Program-made: the position numbers and the translations under genes
DNA from: Monocercomonoides exilis PA203
Taxonomy: Eukaryota > Protista > Preaxostyla
NCBI GenBank assembly: GCA_001643675.2
Contig: LSRY02000043.1
Location: 682,001-746,000 of the forward strand
DNA length: 64,000 nt
Direction of reading: 5' to 3'
Shown here: piece by piece, positions 37,682 to 52,900 of the stretch
Layout: each line of letters begins with the position of its first letter
How positions within the stretch are numbered: the stretch's first letter is position 1
The notes under the pieces: generated by a model
The model's input: the letters and a program-made list of their open reading frames with translations, nothing else
Databases searched by the model: none
Told to the model about the DNA's origin: nothing

Positions 37682-39180
37682 GAAGGCAGAAATTAAAGTG
37701 AGCGTGATTTTGACGGATGAGCATAACAATGTTTGAAAATGGAATGACAAAGAAAAGAGAAATGGAAAAAGAAGAGGCTGGTGGAATTGGTCACACAAGA
37801 TTTCACAGATAGAAGATCCATTGAAGAAGCATTGGAAGCAAATGAATGGATGGATTGCAGTCGTTCCATTTTGTGTGACGAATATGGTGAGATGCCCGTC
37901 ATCACGCACAATTGCGATATCTGCTTGAATTTATCTGGCTCTCTTTTCTTTTCTTTCTTTTATTTTTTCCTTTATATTTTTTGTTTGTGAAGAAAGGATT
38001 TCTTCTACGTGCCTTTTCTTCTATTGGCTGATTCATGGCATTTGCACGCATGTGCCACATACACTCTGCATTTCAGCACATGTCTATTTTTGAGGCATTG
38101 GCTTTCTTCCAAGTTGAATTATGTTATTAATAGAATTTTTCATTTCAAAGAAATTCACCAAAAAAATGATTCAAAATCGGGAGAAAAAATCAATCAAGAA
38201 AGCACGACTATGCTTCAATAAAATTCTATGTTTTAACTAAATATAAATTCTATTGTTTTTTCCTATTAAAAATCAAATAATAATTTTTTCTTTTATTTTT
38301 ATTTTTATTTTTTTATTTGTTAATTCAATGCTTAATTTAATGATGATATTAGAAGCAATATTCCACACTTTTTTGGATGTTATTTAATTGTTTGACTGTT
38401 AGCATACAAACAAAAGTATTTCTGAAATTGCATTGAAAAAAATTTCCAATTCATTTTAATAAAATTCAACAAGCCAATTTGTGATTATATTTTTTATTAA
38501 AAAAACAAGATAGTTATTTGTATTAAAAAATTATTATTAAAATAATTTTTAGTCTGTTCGCGTGTGAAAAAGTTTTCAAAAATAGCAAGCAAAAGTGTTT
38601 GTGCACATAATTTTTCGTTGGCACTTCATCAAAAGAAATAATTGTTTATCATCGAAACTTTATTATTTTAATTTCCGAGAGTGTATTGCATAAAAGAAAC
38701 GGAATAGAAAAATTCACACAAAATTTAGTGAGATTGCGTTCATAATTATTTCAATCTGAAAATCAATATGAATATATTTCACTTGATTCTGATTTTTTTT
38801 AAAAGAGAAAAATATATCATTTTTTTTAATATCACATTTTTCTGATTTTAAAATTCACTCAACCAACTTCGTTGAATTCCCAACAAATATTTCAAAATTT
38901 GCATTCAAAATTCAAAGTTCTTGAACCATGATAATATCAATAAATTCAGAAAGAAATGATAAATATCAGCATTATAGGAACTTAAAAATTTTATGGTAAA
39001 TTATGAATATGACAAACGATTATCAACACTTTTCTCAAAATGATTATTTTCTTTTGTTTTTTTTGAATGTTTTTCGAATGAATCAATTCTCTTAATTGCT
39101 ATTTATTTCTTTCCTTTCAAAAATGAAATGTATTTCACCTGTGTGATTGTTTCAAAAATCAAACCATTTTTTCTGAAAAT

Positions 39181-39413
39181 TGGGTTATTCTTTTTGAAAA
39201 GTCGCAAATATTCAATTAATTTTGATTAATATAGAAGCCTCCATTTTGATCAATGTTGAGAACTGATCTGTCAAATAACAAAACTATTCTTTCAATTTCA
39301 TGTTAACAATAAGAAATTATCTGTTTTTAACTTGGTGCTCGCTTTCATCATAAATCATTTCTAATTAATCAGGATTAATTGAATATTTGCGACTTCTCAA
39401 AAAGAATAACCCA
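39181..39413. repeat. ~240-bp fold-back family copy C at the axis of the giant palindrome
   Basis: 39181-39209 is identical to 21717-21745. The 50-bp arms 39181-39230 / 39364-39413 carry three mismatches. Confidence 0.85.
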
Positions 39414-40909
39414 ATTTTCAGAAAAAATGGTTTGATTTTTGAAACAATCACACAGGTGAAATACATTTCATTTTTGAAAGGAAAGAAATAAATAGCAATT
39501 AAGAGAATTGATTCATTCGAAAAACATTCAAAAAAAACAAAAGAAAATAATCATTTTGAGAAAAGTGTTGATAATCGTTTGTCATATTCATAATTTACCA
39601 TAAAATTTTTAAGTTCCTATAATGCTGATATTTATCATTTCTTTCTGAATTTATTGATATTATCATGGTTCAAGAACTTTGAATTTTGAATGCAAATTTT
39701 GAAATATTTGTTGGGAATTCAACGAAGTTGGTTGAGTGAATTTTAAAATCAGAAAAATGTGATATTAAAAAAAATGATATATTTTTCTCTTTTAAAAAAA
39801 ATCAGAATCAAGTGAAATATATTCATATTGATTTTCAGATTGAAATAATTATGAACGCAATCTCACTAAATTTTGTGTGAATTTTTCTATTCCGTTTCTT
39901 TTATGCAATACACTCTCGGAAATTAAAATAATAAAGTTTCGATGATAAACAATTATTTCTTTTGATGAAGTGCCAACGAAAAATTATGTGCACAAACACT
40001 TTTGCTTGCTATTTTTGAAAACTTTTTCACACGCGAACAGACTAAAAATTATTTTAATAATAATTTTTTAATACAAATAACTATCTTGTTTTTTTAATAA
40101 AAAATATAATCACAAATTGGCTTGTTGAATTTTATTAAAATGAATTGGAAATTTTTTTCAATGCAATTTCAGAAATACTTTTGTTTGTATGCTAACAGTC
40201 AAACAATTAAATAACATCCAAAAAGTGTGGAATATTGCTTCTAATATCATCATTAAATTAAGCATTGAATTAACAAATAAAAAATAAAAATAAAAATAAA
40301 AGAAAAAATTATTATTTGATTTTTAATAGGAAAAACAATAGAATTTATATTTAGTTAAAACATAGAATTTTATTGAAGCATAGTCGTGCTTTCTTGATTG
40401 ATTTTTTCTCCCGATTTTGAATCATTTTTTTGGTGAATTTCTTTGAAATGAAAAATTCTATTAATAACATAATTCAACTTGGAAGAAAGCCAATGCCTCA
40501 AAAATAGACATGTGCTGAAATGCAGAGTGTATGTGGCACATGCGTGCAAATGCCATGAATCAGCCAATAGAAGAAAAGGCACGTAGAAGAAATCCTTTCT
40601 TCACAAACAAAAAATATAAAGGAAAAAATAAAAGAAAGAAAAGAAAAGAGAGCCAGATAAATTCAAGCAGATATCGCAATTGTGCGTGATGACGGGCATC
40701 TCACCATATTCGTCACACAAAATGGAACGACTGCAATCCATCCATTCATTTGCTTCCAATGCTTCTTCAATGGATCTTCTATCTGTGAAATCTTGTGTGA
40801 CCAATTCCACCAGCCTCTTCTTTTTCCATTTCTCTTTTCTTTGTCATTCCATTTTCAAACATTGTTATGCTCATCCGTCAAAATCACGCTCACTTTAATT
40901 TCTGCCTTC

Positions 40910-43900
40910 TCAGTTGCTTCCTTCCCCACTGAACCTGCTGTATTTCCTGTAGCTTCCTGATCCTTCCTCCAGCCCAATCGCATCGGTCACTGTGAGCATG
41001 ACTGTCCCGGCCGGGAACAACCCAATTAGCACCCGCTTCACATCTGTCAGAGTGCATCTGTCCCTCGCCTCTTGCGAAAAGCACCCTTTCACCAGCCCTT
41101 CCAGCCTGCTCCCTTCCAGCCCTCCCGTCTTCGGCCGCTTTCCTTCTTTCAGCCACATCCCCGCCACCTCTGCTTCATACTCGCCAAACGGGATCTCCAG
41201 CGTCAGACTCTCCCACAGCATCATCCCAATCGAGAACACAACTGTCTTCTTTGTGGCTCCCAGATCTTTGTTCATCAGCAGCTCTGGCGCCTTCCACCGC
41301 AGACACTCTTTCCGGTTGTCATCCTCATCCTCAAATGCTGATGAAGGTGGTGGTGGTGAGCCTTGGCCTTTCTTGTTGATGGCTGAGCAATCTGAGGAAG
41401 AGGTGACAATTGTCGAGGTGGAAGAAAAAGTGGATGAAGTGTCTGAGCCTGAGGAGCAGTCGGAGTGGAGGGCAATGCAGATCACCATGTGCTCAGAAAA
41501 CAGCACGATGTGAGGGCTGAGGTTGGCAAGAGATGAAAGAGGATTGTTCATTTCGTCAAATGAGTGGAGAGCAAGATTGGCCACCCAGAACAGGATCTGA
41601 GCAGCAGAGACCTCCCTCTCTTGCAGAGTGCCTATCGCCATCTCTTTCTTCTCATTCCTTCCATGAAGCAGCATGAACAGCGAATCCCTCAAGTCCACAA
41701 TGAGCTTCTCATGCGGCGATGAACAGGCCATTGCATCCACCAGATTCGACATGGATGAGGTGGTTGGACACAGATCCTCTCCTCGAACAAAAGTGGATTC
41801 TGTGTCTGAAGTGTCTGTTGTTGAGGTGGATGAAATGGATGGCGATGGTGTTCTTTTCCTCGTCTCTTCCTCATCAACCTTCTCAAGCATCCATTGAGGG
41901 ATCTTGTCTGAATCTCTCCCCAAGATGTATTCTGTTGAGCCACTCTCACTCAACAAATGCTCTGATGACTCTGAATGTCCCAAGCTTTTCTCATACACTC
42001 TCTTCTTTATCCTCTCTTCATTCTTCTTCTCTGCCTCCCTCTCAGCTCTCCTCCACTGCTCCTCGGGTGACATCTCCATCGTCACCATCTCAAACGCTTT
42101 CGGATCCTTCTTCACTGTGTCTTCCACAATCACCTCCAGCTCTTTTGTCCTTCTCTTCTGCTTTCTCCATCTCACTGCAAATACCACAGAAACAATTATT
42201 ACAAACAATAATATAATAGCCAAAATTACAACCACAATTGGCCATATCGATTTTTCTTTGTTTCCTCCTTCAACAATTCTTTCATCTCCATTTGATTTGG
42301 GCTCGCTTCTGTTCTTCAGGATGAAAGAATCAGTTGGTCGCCGAATGCTCTCGTCTCCAAACAGAATGCACACTGACACTTCAACCTCTTCCGATACTCC
42401 ATTTATTTTTGTGGAAGATATCCAGCTGTGAATCTCAGTTTCAGATTTGTAGTTGCTCTCATTCATATTTTGCTTTTCTATTTGAGACTCACTTCCAATT
42501 GAAAAAGCTATCTGAACCGTCAGATTGCACGGAAGAAGAAGCTTTCCGATGAATGTGAGCTCTGTTGTAATTTCTCCTTTTTCCATCTTCACCGACTCTA
42601 GCACAGGGATAAAAAATGATGATGCTCGCTCTGAAGCAATTCCACCAAGCACACAATTGCTATTTGCAATCCACATGGATGTGCTTGGCAACATGCCGTC
42701 TCCTCCTTTCAGGCTTGCGATTGACAGCATGCCACGATCAGCGCATGCTATATTTTTTCGTGCAGATGGATATCCTTTCACCTTTGCATTGTTGTCCCGA
42801 AACTCCCCTTGATCTATCATCACATTCCCTCCAGACACAAATAATCCCCCGATTGGCGATTCTGATATGGTGGTGCCTCTTATTATTGTCTCAGACTGTT
42901 GCAGGGCAACTAGTGATCCATTCCATTTGCATATCTCGCTTCTTGGCGTCTTTGACTCCACGATGTCGTCCATTCCTTTCTCGCTAAAGCGGCAGTATTC
43001 AATTTCTGTTTCATGGCATCTATCAGAAGATAGCAACATGCCATTCTGCACAAGTGCCGAGCATCTGCTAAAAGTGATGTTTCGCATTCGCAGATTTGTT
43101 AAGCGCGTAAAACAGAAAAGTGTTTGCTTTCTTGCCTCGACTGATATGTTTTTAAATGAGCCCATTGAAAGAGAGTATTCTTCACTGTTTCCACTCCTCT
43201 CACCAGCATTTATTCCCTGAAAGGCAAACAGCGCTCCACTGCTGCACACAACATCATGGCACTCGACTTTTTCCATGCCCAATAATTCGCATTCTTTTAC
43301 AAGAATCGCATCACATGCACAGAAAAGCGATTCCATGATCAGAGAAGTGCAGCGCAGCGTTGATTGTCCTTCACATGCTATCAGCGGACATTCTGACGAT
43401 ATCTGCCTCAGTGTTGTGTTTTCCAGTTGCAGACATCCCCTTGCCTCCACTTGCACCAAAATGGCATTTATCTTGGTGGAATTGCCCATCTCTGCATCAT
43501 TTCGAAACGAGCACCTTGTCATTTGTGTTGTGCCTCGGCTGCACTCTACAAAGCATCCATGACCATGCATGCTCTCTGCACAAACAACAAACGAAATCCC
43601 CCTGAAGAAAACTGCCTCCGAACACAGCACCACATACTGGCGTGTGCATTCCAGTTGCAAACCAATGCGCAGAAGTGCAGTCTCTGATCCCCGCGATCGT
43701 ATCGATACATTTGCCACGTCCACTTCCTTTCCAATCAACCCTTCCCCGACAACCACAATCTGGCTTTCAAAGTCATATGTGAGATGGTCGACTGCATACC
43801 CGACCGACAAGCATGGAAGCGCCTGAGTTCCACAGTTTTTGCTGTCTTCACTTGCTGATCCATCATCCGAGCTCGTGAAGATCGTGTCATTCTGATATAT

Positions 43901-46900
43901 CACAATAAACTCAATCAGATTCACTGCCTCCACACACAACTCTGCTCTGTCTATTCCAAATATTGCATTCAGACTGTTGTACTTCGATTCTCTCAGATCA
44001 AACTGGAACTGCGTCTCGTTGATCTGCTCTCTGATGTTGTTGCACTCCACAAACAAATCCCTCCCGATATGCGCAATGTTCGAGTCGAACTTGATATTAG
44101 CAAAAAGCATGTTCAGGCTTCCTGCATGCACAGCCTCAACATAGAAGCCGCCTCCACACCCATTCTGTGCCGAACAGCTGCACAGCCCAATCGTTGAGCC
44201 TCTCACGTCCAAGCATCCGCCAGAGCTCAATCGAAACAGAATTGCCCCTCCTTTCTGCGAATTGCTGCTTGTGCACATTTCAAGCATACTCGAATTAATG
44301 CAAAGTTTGCTTCCACTGCCTCTTCCTCCAACAACCACAACGCTTCCGCTCTCTCCGTTGTTTGTGATATTCTTGAATGAGCACTTGTTTAATGAAATCC
44401 CTGCTCCAGCGTTTTTGCTGTTCATTTGCTCAGAGTCGTCATCTCTCATGCTAATTATGCATCCTTCTTCAACATTTATCAATTCTGCACTGACAGAATC
44501 CAACACACAATCCACATGAGACGCTATTTCCATCAAACTTCTTCCAAACGATGAGCGGCTCACTGTCATTCCTTCCAGCAGCACAGCCCCTCTCAGCACA
44601 ACGACAAATGAAGCGCTGTTTTCCAGCAAAGCTCTGCCGTTCATCCAAGCCTCGCAGCTCGTCAACCTCAAGTTCCCATCTTCGCTGACAATCACCCCGT
44701 TTTCCTCGTTTGAAAACCCCTCTGCCACAACAAACGAGATCTTTTCAAAACAAAGCACCCTTGCATTTCGCATGCACACGTCATGTTGTTCGTCATCGCC
44801 CTGCACGACGCAAAGCTCAGCTCTTGATTGCTCCTCTTCTTCCTCCCCAATCGACTTCACTTCATAATCCGAAAGCACCCCATTCTCCTTGTAGTTGCAG
44901 CCTCCATCGATCACAACTATTTTTGTGGGGGACTCTGACTCAAATTGCTTCACCCCGTGAGTCCAGCTCCTGCACGGATCCTCTGCTCCTCCACATCGCA
45001 ACAAGTCGTACCCGGCTCGAGCAATGTGCACTGTGCTTCCTTTGTACTGCACAAGAAACCTCAGAAGCGTTGTTTCATTATGCACTGCATCGCTTCCCAT
45101 CAGCCCATTGTCATCTTCCTTGACAAAATCCAACGAAAACATGAAGCTCGACTTTGTCACTGTAGCATTCAGGTCTTTGCACGCAACAAACATGTGCTCC
45201 CCGATTTGTGCATGATTCGCTGCAAAATCGACACTTTTCAGCAGCAAACAATTAGACTGAACGGCTTCTTTCCCATCAACATACAAAGCGCCCCTTTCCC
45301 ATTCTCTTCAGTGCATGCACACCCTTCCAGTGTGCATCCCTCCATCTTTACCGAATCACCGCCACTCGTTTTGATTTGCATCAGCCCTCCTTCCTTGCTT
45401 GATCTCGTTTGAGCCGTGCTGAATGAGCTGTTTATCGCACACATTGTGCCACGAACAGAAAAGGGAGCAGAAGCATACTCGCCAGACGATGTGTACGAAC
45501 TGCTTTCAATAACAAGCTCGCCCCCTGTGACTGATACAGCCACATATTGAACTGCAGCGTCACTCGCTTTGGATATGGAGCAGTTGATAATCGACAGCAA
45601 AGAGCTTGCAGACGACGAAGCAATCATCGAACGAACGGCAGATGATGCTGTTGGGGGAAATGAGAATATGATTGTGCGGAACAACAGCGCCTTGGCATTC
45701 CAAAACACTGCACCAGATATCCCATCCTGGATATCATGTGAAATGTGCAGTTTGCTGTATTCTTCTGCTGGCAACGAAGCAACAACAAATGAAGACATAT
45801 CGTATCCGCGACTGACTGTTGCACCCTCCTGTATTGCCAGCTCCTTTGGATCTGCGTCTGCCTGCGTGTTGCAATAGCCTCTCCAAAATGACTGGCAGGG
45901 ATGCATCAGCACCCCGCAGCCCAAAGTGTCATACCCTTCGCTGGACACAACAGCCTGCATGCAGTGCGCCTGAATAAGAAATAGCCTCAAATCCACTGGA
46001 GAGGGAAAGCGCATTGCATCAATACCCTTCAGATCAGCAGCCTTCCCGTCGCTCCCACTTGCCAGCTCAAACCTGAACCTTTCTTGTGTCACCGATGCAT
46101 TTAGTTCTACACATTCCACAAACATGTCCTTCCCCCCAAAGGCATCATTCTCACTCAACTGAATATTTTTGAAGTAAAAATCTCCACCAAACCCGGCACA
46201 CAGCTTGACGAACAGGCATCCTCCATAACCTTTCTCATTGTCGCATGCCCAATGACTCATTGCCCCAGATTCTATCTTCAGCTCTGCTTCCTTGCTCATT
46301 TCGCAGCAAGCAAAACTCCCATTCACTGAACTTCGCCCACAACCCTCAAGCGCACACTCCTCGCCCATCATCAAGCTCGACCCTTCCTTCACAGTGACAA
46401 ATCGCCCTTTCTCTGCTCTTGCATGGCTCACGTTCATCATGCTGAATTCCACCAGAGCATTGCCTCTGCTTTCAAATATATTCGGGCCATCTGTTGCAAT
46501 GTGGGAAATTGTGACGTTTTGGCAAACCATTTCTCCGCCAAGGCAAAGCCCAATCCCGCATTCATTGCAAAAATCAACACTTTCAAACCGAACAGAACTC
46601 ATCTCAACTGCACCTCCGGTTTCATATACCAGCCATCTTGTCACCTCTGATTGGTCTTCATCTCCTTCTCCTTCGCCTCCTCTTCCAAATGCACAATCCG
46701 TCACTGCGCATCGTCCGCAACTGATGGCAAAGACAGAACTCAACGCAGAAGAAGATGCCGAAGATAATTGTGAAGAAGTTAATGCTGGCGAAAGTTCTGT
46801 TGCAAATCTGAAAGTCAAGCCTCGAAGCGTAAGAGATATGTTATCATGAGACACACATAGCTGCCCGCTTTGCTTTATCTCCAGCTCTGGGTGAATCGCC

Positions 46901-49900
46901 TTTGCCCCTTCAATTGCGAGCGATGAGTCTCGATCAATAACTGATCCCAAAAATGTACCCGACACAATCCTTATTGTGGTCTGATTTTCGTTCATTGCTT
47001 TGAACCCATGCAACACATCGCCACATGGTGTTTCTTCGTGACCACACCCCTCTGAATTTATCACTGTTCCATCAACAAATACAATCTCCTCGCCTGCAGG
47101 AAAAAGCATAACTAATATCGAAGTGTTGATTACCACTCCAGAACTCTCATCATAAACCCAAAACCGCTCTTTTTCATCATCCTCTTCGACTGTTCCTTCC
47201 CACAACTCCTGATACAGCATCTTTCTCGCCTGCGGGCAAATCACATACACATCTTTCCCCACGCTTGCTTTGTTCTCTGCAAATGTGTTGTGCTTCATGC
47301 TGTACTTTGCACTCACATCCACAAACTGAACAAATAACCCTCCCCCAAACCCTGCTTCTTCGTCCACTCCGTTTTTTTCGAAAACGCACCCCTCAATAAT
47401 CAGCTTCCCATTTCTCATCACCTCCACAGCTCCGCACCCTCCCCTTCCAGCATGCTCCCCACAACTCACATTGCCAAATGTGCTCCCACGGATCTCGCAC
47501 TTGCACCCTTCTCCTATTTCTCCACTGAATGCCCCTCCACTCCCTGCTGTTCTCGACACATTCCAGATGCTCAGCCCTTTCATGTTAACGGATTCGCACC
47601 CGCAAAACCACACCAAGCAGCTGTCTCCAAGAGCAGACGAATTCATCCAAGAATCATTCATGCTGAGCAATCCACAGCTTTGCCCACACACAACTCCTCT
47701 TTCTCCTTCCACAGAAACACCCTCAAACTTCACCCCACTTAGCTCCACTTTTGAGTCCAGCCCTCTTCCATCCACAAGCCCATGTTGCACAGCACACAAC
47801 TCCATCGCTGAAAAATCATCCATCACAAGCATCCCTCCTTCCACACTAACAAATGAATAATCAATCCTCCTTGAGTCTGCATCAACCTTCGCCAAACACC
47901 TTCTGAGCTCCAGTTTGTCTTTTCTGCACTTCAGAAAGCTTTCACGTTGGCAGTTAAATGAAGGCGGCATCCCAAATGAGACATCTTCAAAAGTGATGTT
48001 CTTTTTGGTCTCTATCAACCAGTTGGATTCTCCTTCTCCTTCTCCATGGACCATTCTTTCGTGGCTGTTGCCTTGGGTGTTGATGGTCATTTCTTGAGCA
48101 TCCAGAATTATGGAATCGCAAAACCCAAAGTCTGCAAGAAGCGTAACCACCACGTTTTCCGATCCTTTTCGCAGTGCTGCAGCATGCACAATTCCTCTGC
48201 ACGGATAATCCTCAAATCCGCATAATACATAATCGCACCCTTTGTCTCCAACAAACACATTCCCTGCGCTTTCTCGAAAGAACACAACAAGCGGAATCGG
48301 ATTCTCTCTTGCTCCATTTTCCATCCCCATCAAATCCCACAGCCTGGGCGACTCTTCAACTTTCTTCAAAAGTCAAAGTTGAACGAGCCTTCATTCACCA
48401 CCATTGATAAATTCACACACGAAACAAACACATTGTTTCCTCCCTTGTCAGCCATGTTCGCTTTTTCCCCTTCTCCAAATTTCACCCCCGCAATTATCAT
48501 ATCACTTGCCTCTTCAATGCACTTCACCAGCATTCCTCCTCCAAATCCCTTCAATCCGCCATCTTCGCCAGCCAGCGCTCGGCATCCTTCAGCCAGCATT
48601 CTATTCCCACTCTCTCCGACACGAAGTCTTGCTGTCTTCGACAACTCCACAAAGCATCCTCCTCCGCTTCCTCCACTCACAGTGCAGTTCTCCATGTTCA
48701 CATCGTTCAGCTCAAGCACCATCCCTTCATCCAACATCCCAAACAGCACACATCCTTTTTCTCCGTTCCTTGACAAGCCTCTGAACGTGCAGTTCCTCAC
48801 TCCCATCCACTTTCCCAGCTTATCTGCCAGCCTCGCGCTGCCTGATCTGTCATCTGCCCCTTCCTCTGAAAATGTCGTGTTTCCTATTTCCAGAGTGCCA
48901 GATGATGCATAGACAACGCATCCATCTGTTGCTTCCGAACCCTTTGCATTCATCATTGTGCATTCATCCATGGTGCAGCTTCCTTCTCCTGTGATCCAAA
49001 TCATGGCTCCACACGCACACACAGCATTCCTGATGGTCACATCATTCAACGTTGTCTGCCCTCCTGTGCAGGCGATCATGGAATATGCAGCTGTGAGTGA
49101 CGAGCGTACACTCAGAGCGCACGAGCTCAATGTCAAGACTCCACTTTTCGTGCATATTAGATAAAACCTCGTGTTCAAGCTCGCTGGCCCAGTAATCTTC
49201 AGTCCCGTAAATGTTGTCGCACAGCTTGTCTCTATCATCCCATCCTGTTTCTTTGCAGCATTTTCGTACACGTCTATTTGAGAATATACTGATGTGCCGT
49301 TCAGCACAAATACTCCGCTGACAAGACTTGCCTCCGAGTATAGCGGCACAGTGTTTGATATTGATGCGTTGAGTCCGTTTTCCTCCACCCACCGAGCCAT
49401 CACAAAGTCCATCGTTTCGCACCCGTGTCCAGCATATCCACATCTGTCGAAATCTTTTTTGTTATCTCCACCAACCATAACTGGCTCAGGGTCGTCCCGC
49501 AGATACAGCACCAACGGGATTGCATATGTGCTGTTTCCTCCTTCATATCCCTCAAGCTCCTCTTCATTTGTGGTGTCAGCCACAAATCCGAGTGTGGCTT
49601 TTGTCACAGAAGCTGTGAAGTTGGGGGCTGTTAAAAACAGATTGTGTCCATGCCTGTCTGCTTGACATCCATCAAACTTCACTGCATTCAGCCCCAATTC
49701 CACGTCACTGCTATTTGTCTCCAAGTACATCCCTCCTCCACACCCCCCACTCCCTGCTGCAAAAACTGCTTTGCACTTGCTCACAATCGTCTCCATGCTT
49801 CTTCCAATCTGCAGCTTGCTTCCACCTTCCAGCACCAGTCTCAGCATTCCCCCGTTTCCTCTTGGGCATGTCCCACTCATGTTTCCTCCATCTACAGCCA

Positions 49901-52900
49901 TTTCGCACCCCACTCCCAGCGTTCCGCGAAGGAAACACCCATCTCCTTGACCAGAAAGAGAGCAGTCTACGCTTGTCTCGCTCACATTGGTCTTCCTGGC
50001 TTTGTTCACAACAATCATCGGCTGCTTGCTTCCGCTGCTGCTTTCAAACGCACTCTTGCTGATTTTTGCCGTGGAGCCATCGCGAAGCACAATCAACCCT
50101 TCTTCTCCCCCGCTTGTCGTGTCAGCGAACGTTGCCTGCATCATCACCGCTTCAGACTCCGTTCCGCTGCACCTCACAAACGGCTCTACCAAAAAGCACA
50201 AATGCTCCACAACAACACTGCTCATCAGCATCTTCCCCTTTCTCACGCACACAAAACAGAACGGGACAGACAGCACATCCGCATCGCCGCTCACCCGCGA
50301 TGAAGAGAGCGTCAGCGCACCATTCCCTTCCCCTTCGACTTCAAACACACAAGTCTGCGACTGTTTCAGTCCAGGCTCCAAGGCAAATGCCACAAGTGAT
50401 ATCTGCACACTGCTCCCCACCTTCACCATCTCGTACAGCCCACTCTCGTTCCCAACCATCCTCACCTCCGACATCCCTTCTTTCCCGCTCAAGTCATATC
50501 CCTCTGCTCCATCAAGCACCAGGCACTCTCTCCATGTGTAGCTCTTGTTGTACAGCACCAGATGCATCCCTTCCTGCTGCCCAAATGCATAGTCCATCGT
50601 CTTGCACTGATACTTTGCAAATCCACATGCACTCACATCCACTCCCCCGTCTCCCACACTCACTCGCACTTCTCGCAGCTGCAGGAAATACACCAGCGGG
50701 ATTCCAATATTCGGTGTTCTTCCATCTTCTCCCTGCATCTCTTGCTCCGAGAAATACTCTGGATAGAACGGAAAATGTGCTTGAACAGTGCTTTTCTTGA
50801 GGTCCGGAGATTTGACAAACACATTTCGCCCCCAATCCGCATTGTTCTCCTCAAACAACGGGCGAGCCACACAGAAGTCTTCGCCTCCATCCTTCAGCAC
50901 CAAACATATCCCTCCACCTCTGCTCTCTCCAGCAAAACCTCCTTCCCCACTCCGTTCTGCCCAGCATTGCTTCATCCCTGTGACTGAACTTTCTGATCCT
51001 ATTCTCGCACAGCTTCCTCCAACCATCTCCACCCAAATCGCTCCGCCATCCCCCGCACTGCACCTGCACCCGTTCATCGTCACATTCCCAAACTCAAACA
51101 TCTCTCCTGCCTCCAACGCCTTCTCTGCCACTGCCCCGTTTCCATTTCTTCTCGTTATCTGAGTTATATTCCCGCCTCGAACACAAACACTTCCTCCAGC
51201 ACTCCACATCAGCAGACTGCACCCTTCCAGACACACATTCTCCACTTGGCAGTCCTCGATAGCAATCTCTCCCCTCCCTGCCACAAAAAGCGGCTCGTGA
51301 AACGACAAATCCACAGAGTCCGCTTGTATCGTGCAATTCTTTACATGCGCCAAACCCTCATACCCATCCACTGCAAACAGAGACGAACCCCTCGAATTTC
51401 CTGTATCATGAATCACTGTCCACCCCTCCAACTCCAGCTTCCCGCTCCCCACACTGAACAGCGAGCCGCTTTCCACATCCGACCGAATCGTTCCATGTTC
51501 CATTGCTGCATCTTTGCTTATGCAAATCTCCAGCCCGGAGATGCTCACAGCCTTCTCCACACTCACCTCGCTGCACACCACAACCCCTGTGTGTCTGTGG
51601 CTCACCCACTGTGTCACCGCAAACGCGATTGTCCTGCACTCTGCTCCATTCTCCCCACATCCTGCATCATCACTTCCCCTATCTGAGTCGACTCTCAGAG
51701 GATCGTACACTGCAGGCACATCTGGGAGCCACCCTGCTTTGTCTCCGTTGCAATACACTCGCCCAATCTGACTTGATGTCGAATATGAATATATTATCCA
51801 TTCTTTTGTTGCATTTACTGAATTGTTTCCTCCGAATGTTATATCATGACCTCTATTATCAAAAGATGTGTTGTTTTCAAATAAACAATATATAATATGA
51901 TTTGTGCTGTTTGCATCTCCGTCAATATTCACTGTTCCAGCGAATGTTGAAAGAGCTTTTGATTGAAGAAAAAAACAATTATCCAATATGTTATTTGTTT
52001 TTGTAAAAATAATATGAATAGATCCTCGACAGTCCTGAGCTTCACATTTCTTAAAGGAACAGTTTATCACATCAACATTGTTATTTAATTCGACATTTAA
52101 TGCACCTCCAGAAAGTGAATGACATTTATTAAAAGAGCAATGAATAATAATTGGATCTTTATTAAAAATTGATAATGCACCACCAATTGGAGACTTTGAA
52201 GAACATTCACAAAAACAACAATCGAATAATGAATCGACAGTTAAGCATTTTCCATTTCCAGAATAATGAACAGCACCACCTCTTGGATAAGTTGTACCAC
52301 AATAAGTTATTGAGCAATTTGTGAAAGTGCAACTTCTGAGTGTCAGAGAAGCACTCCCACCAACATTTAGTGCGCCTCCATTCCGTGTCGCTGATGTGCA
52401 TGATTCAAATCTGCAACTGTCGAACTCTATTTGTCCACTCGAAAACGAAGGCAGTGAAGCGTTGAAGCATTGATCCTTTTGAATGTCATGCGATCTGAGA
52501 AACGAAGAGTTGAACACGACTAACTTTGCGAGCCTCGTTGCACTCTCATCAACACTCAACAGTGATTGGTCACAGTCAACCAGCAAGATGCTGGAGACAA
52601 GAGATTTCTGGAGATGGTTTGCTTCTGAGAAAGCAGTGGTGCTGCTGTGTGCAATGTTTGTTGACGCATTCATAAACACCACGTTTTCCATCGACGTGTG
52701 CAAAAGAGACAGCGAACCAAACACAGACAAGAAGGGTGGAGTCGACAAGCACGAAAACGAAGTGTCTGACAAAAAGGCTTTGCCACAGCCAATTTCGCCC
52801 TCTGCACTTTCTTTCCACTCAACAAGCGATGAAATCGAACGGTTTTGTGTTCGGAACAGCAAACTCAAATTGCAGATCTCAATCCGTCCGCCTTCTGCTT

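Noticed and set aside
37693-38221. Small ORFs downstream of the receptor (and their mirrors at 40370-40960)
   Set aside because: Short, non-ATG or motif-less; probably 3' UTR or intergenic sequence.
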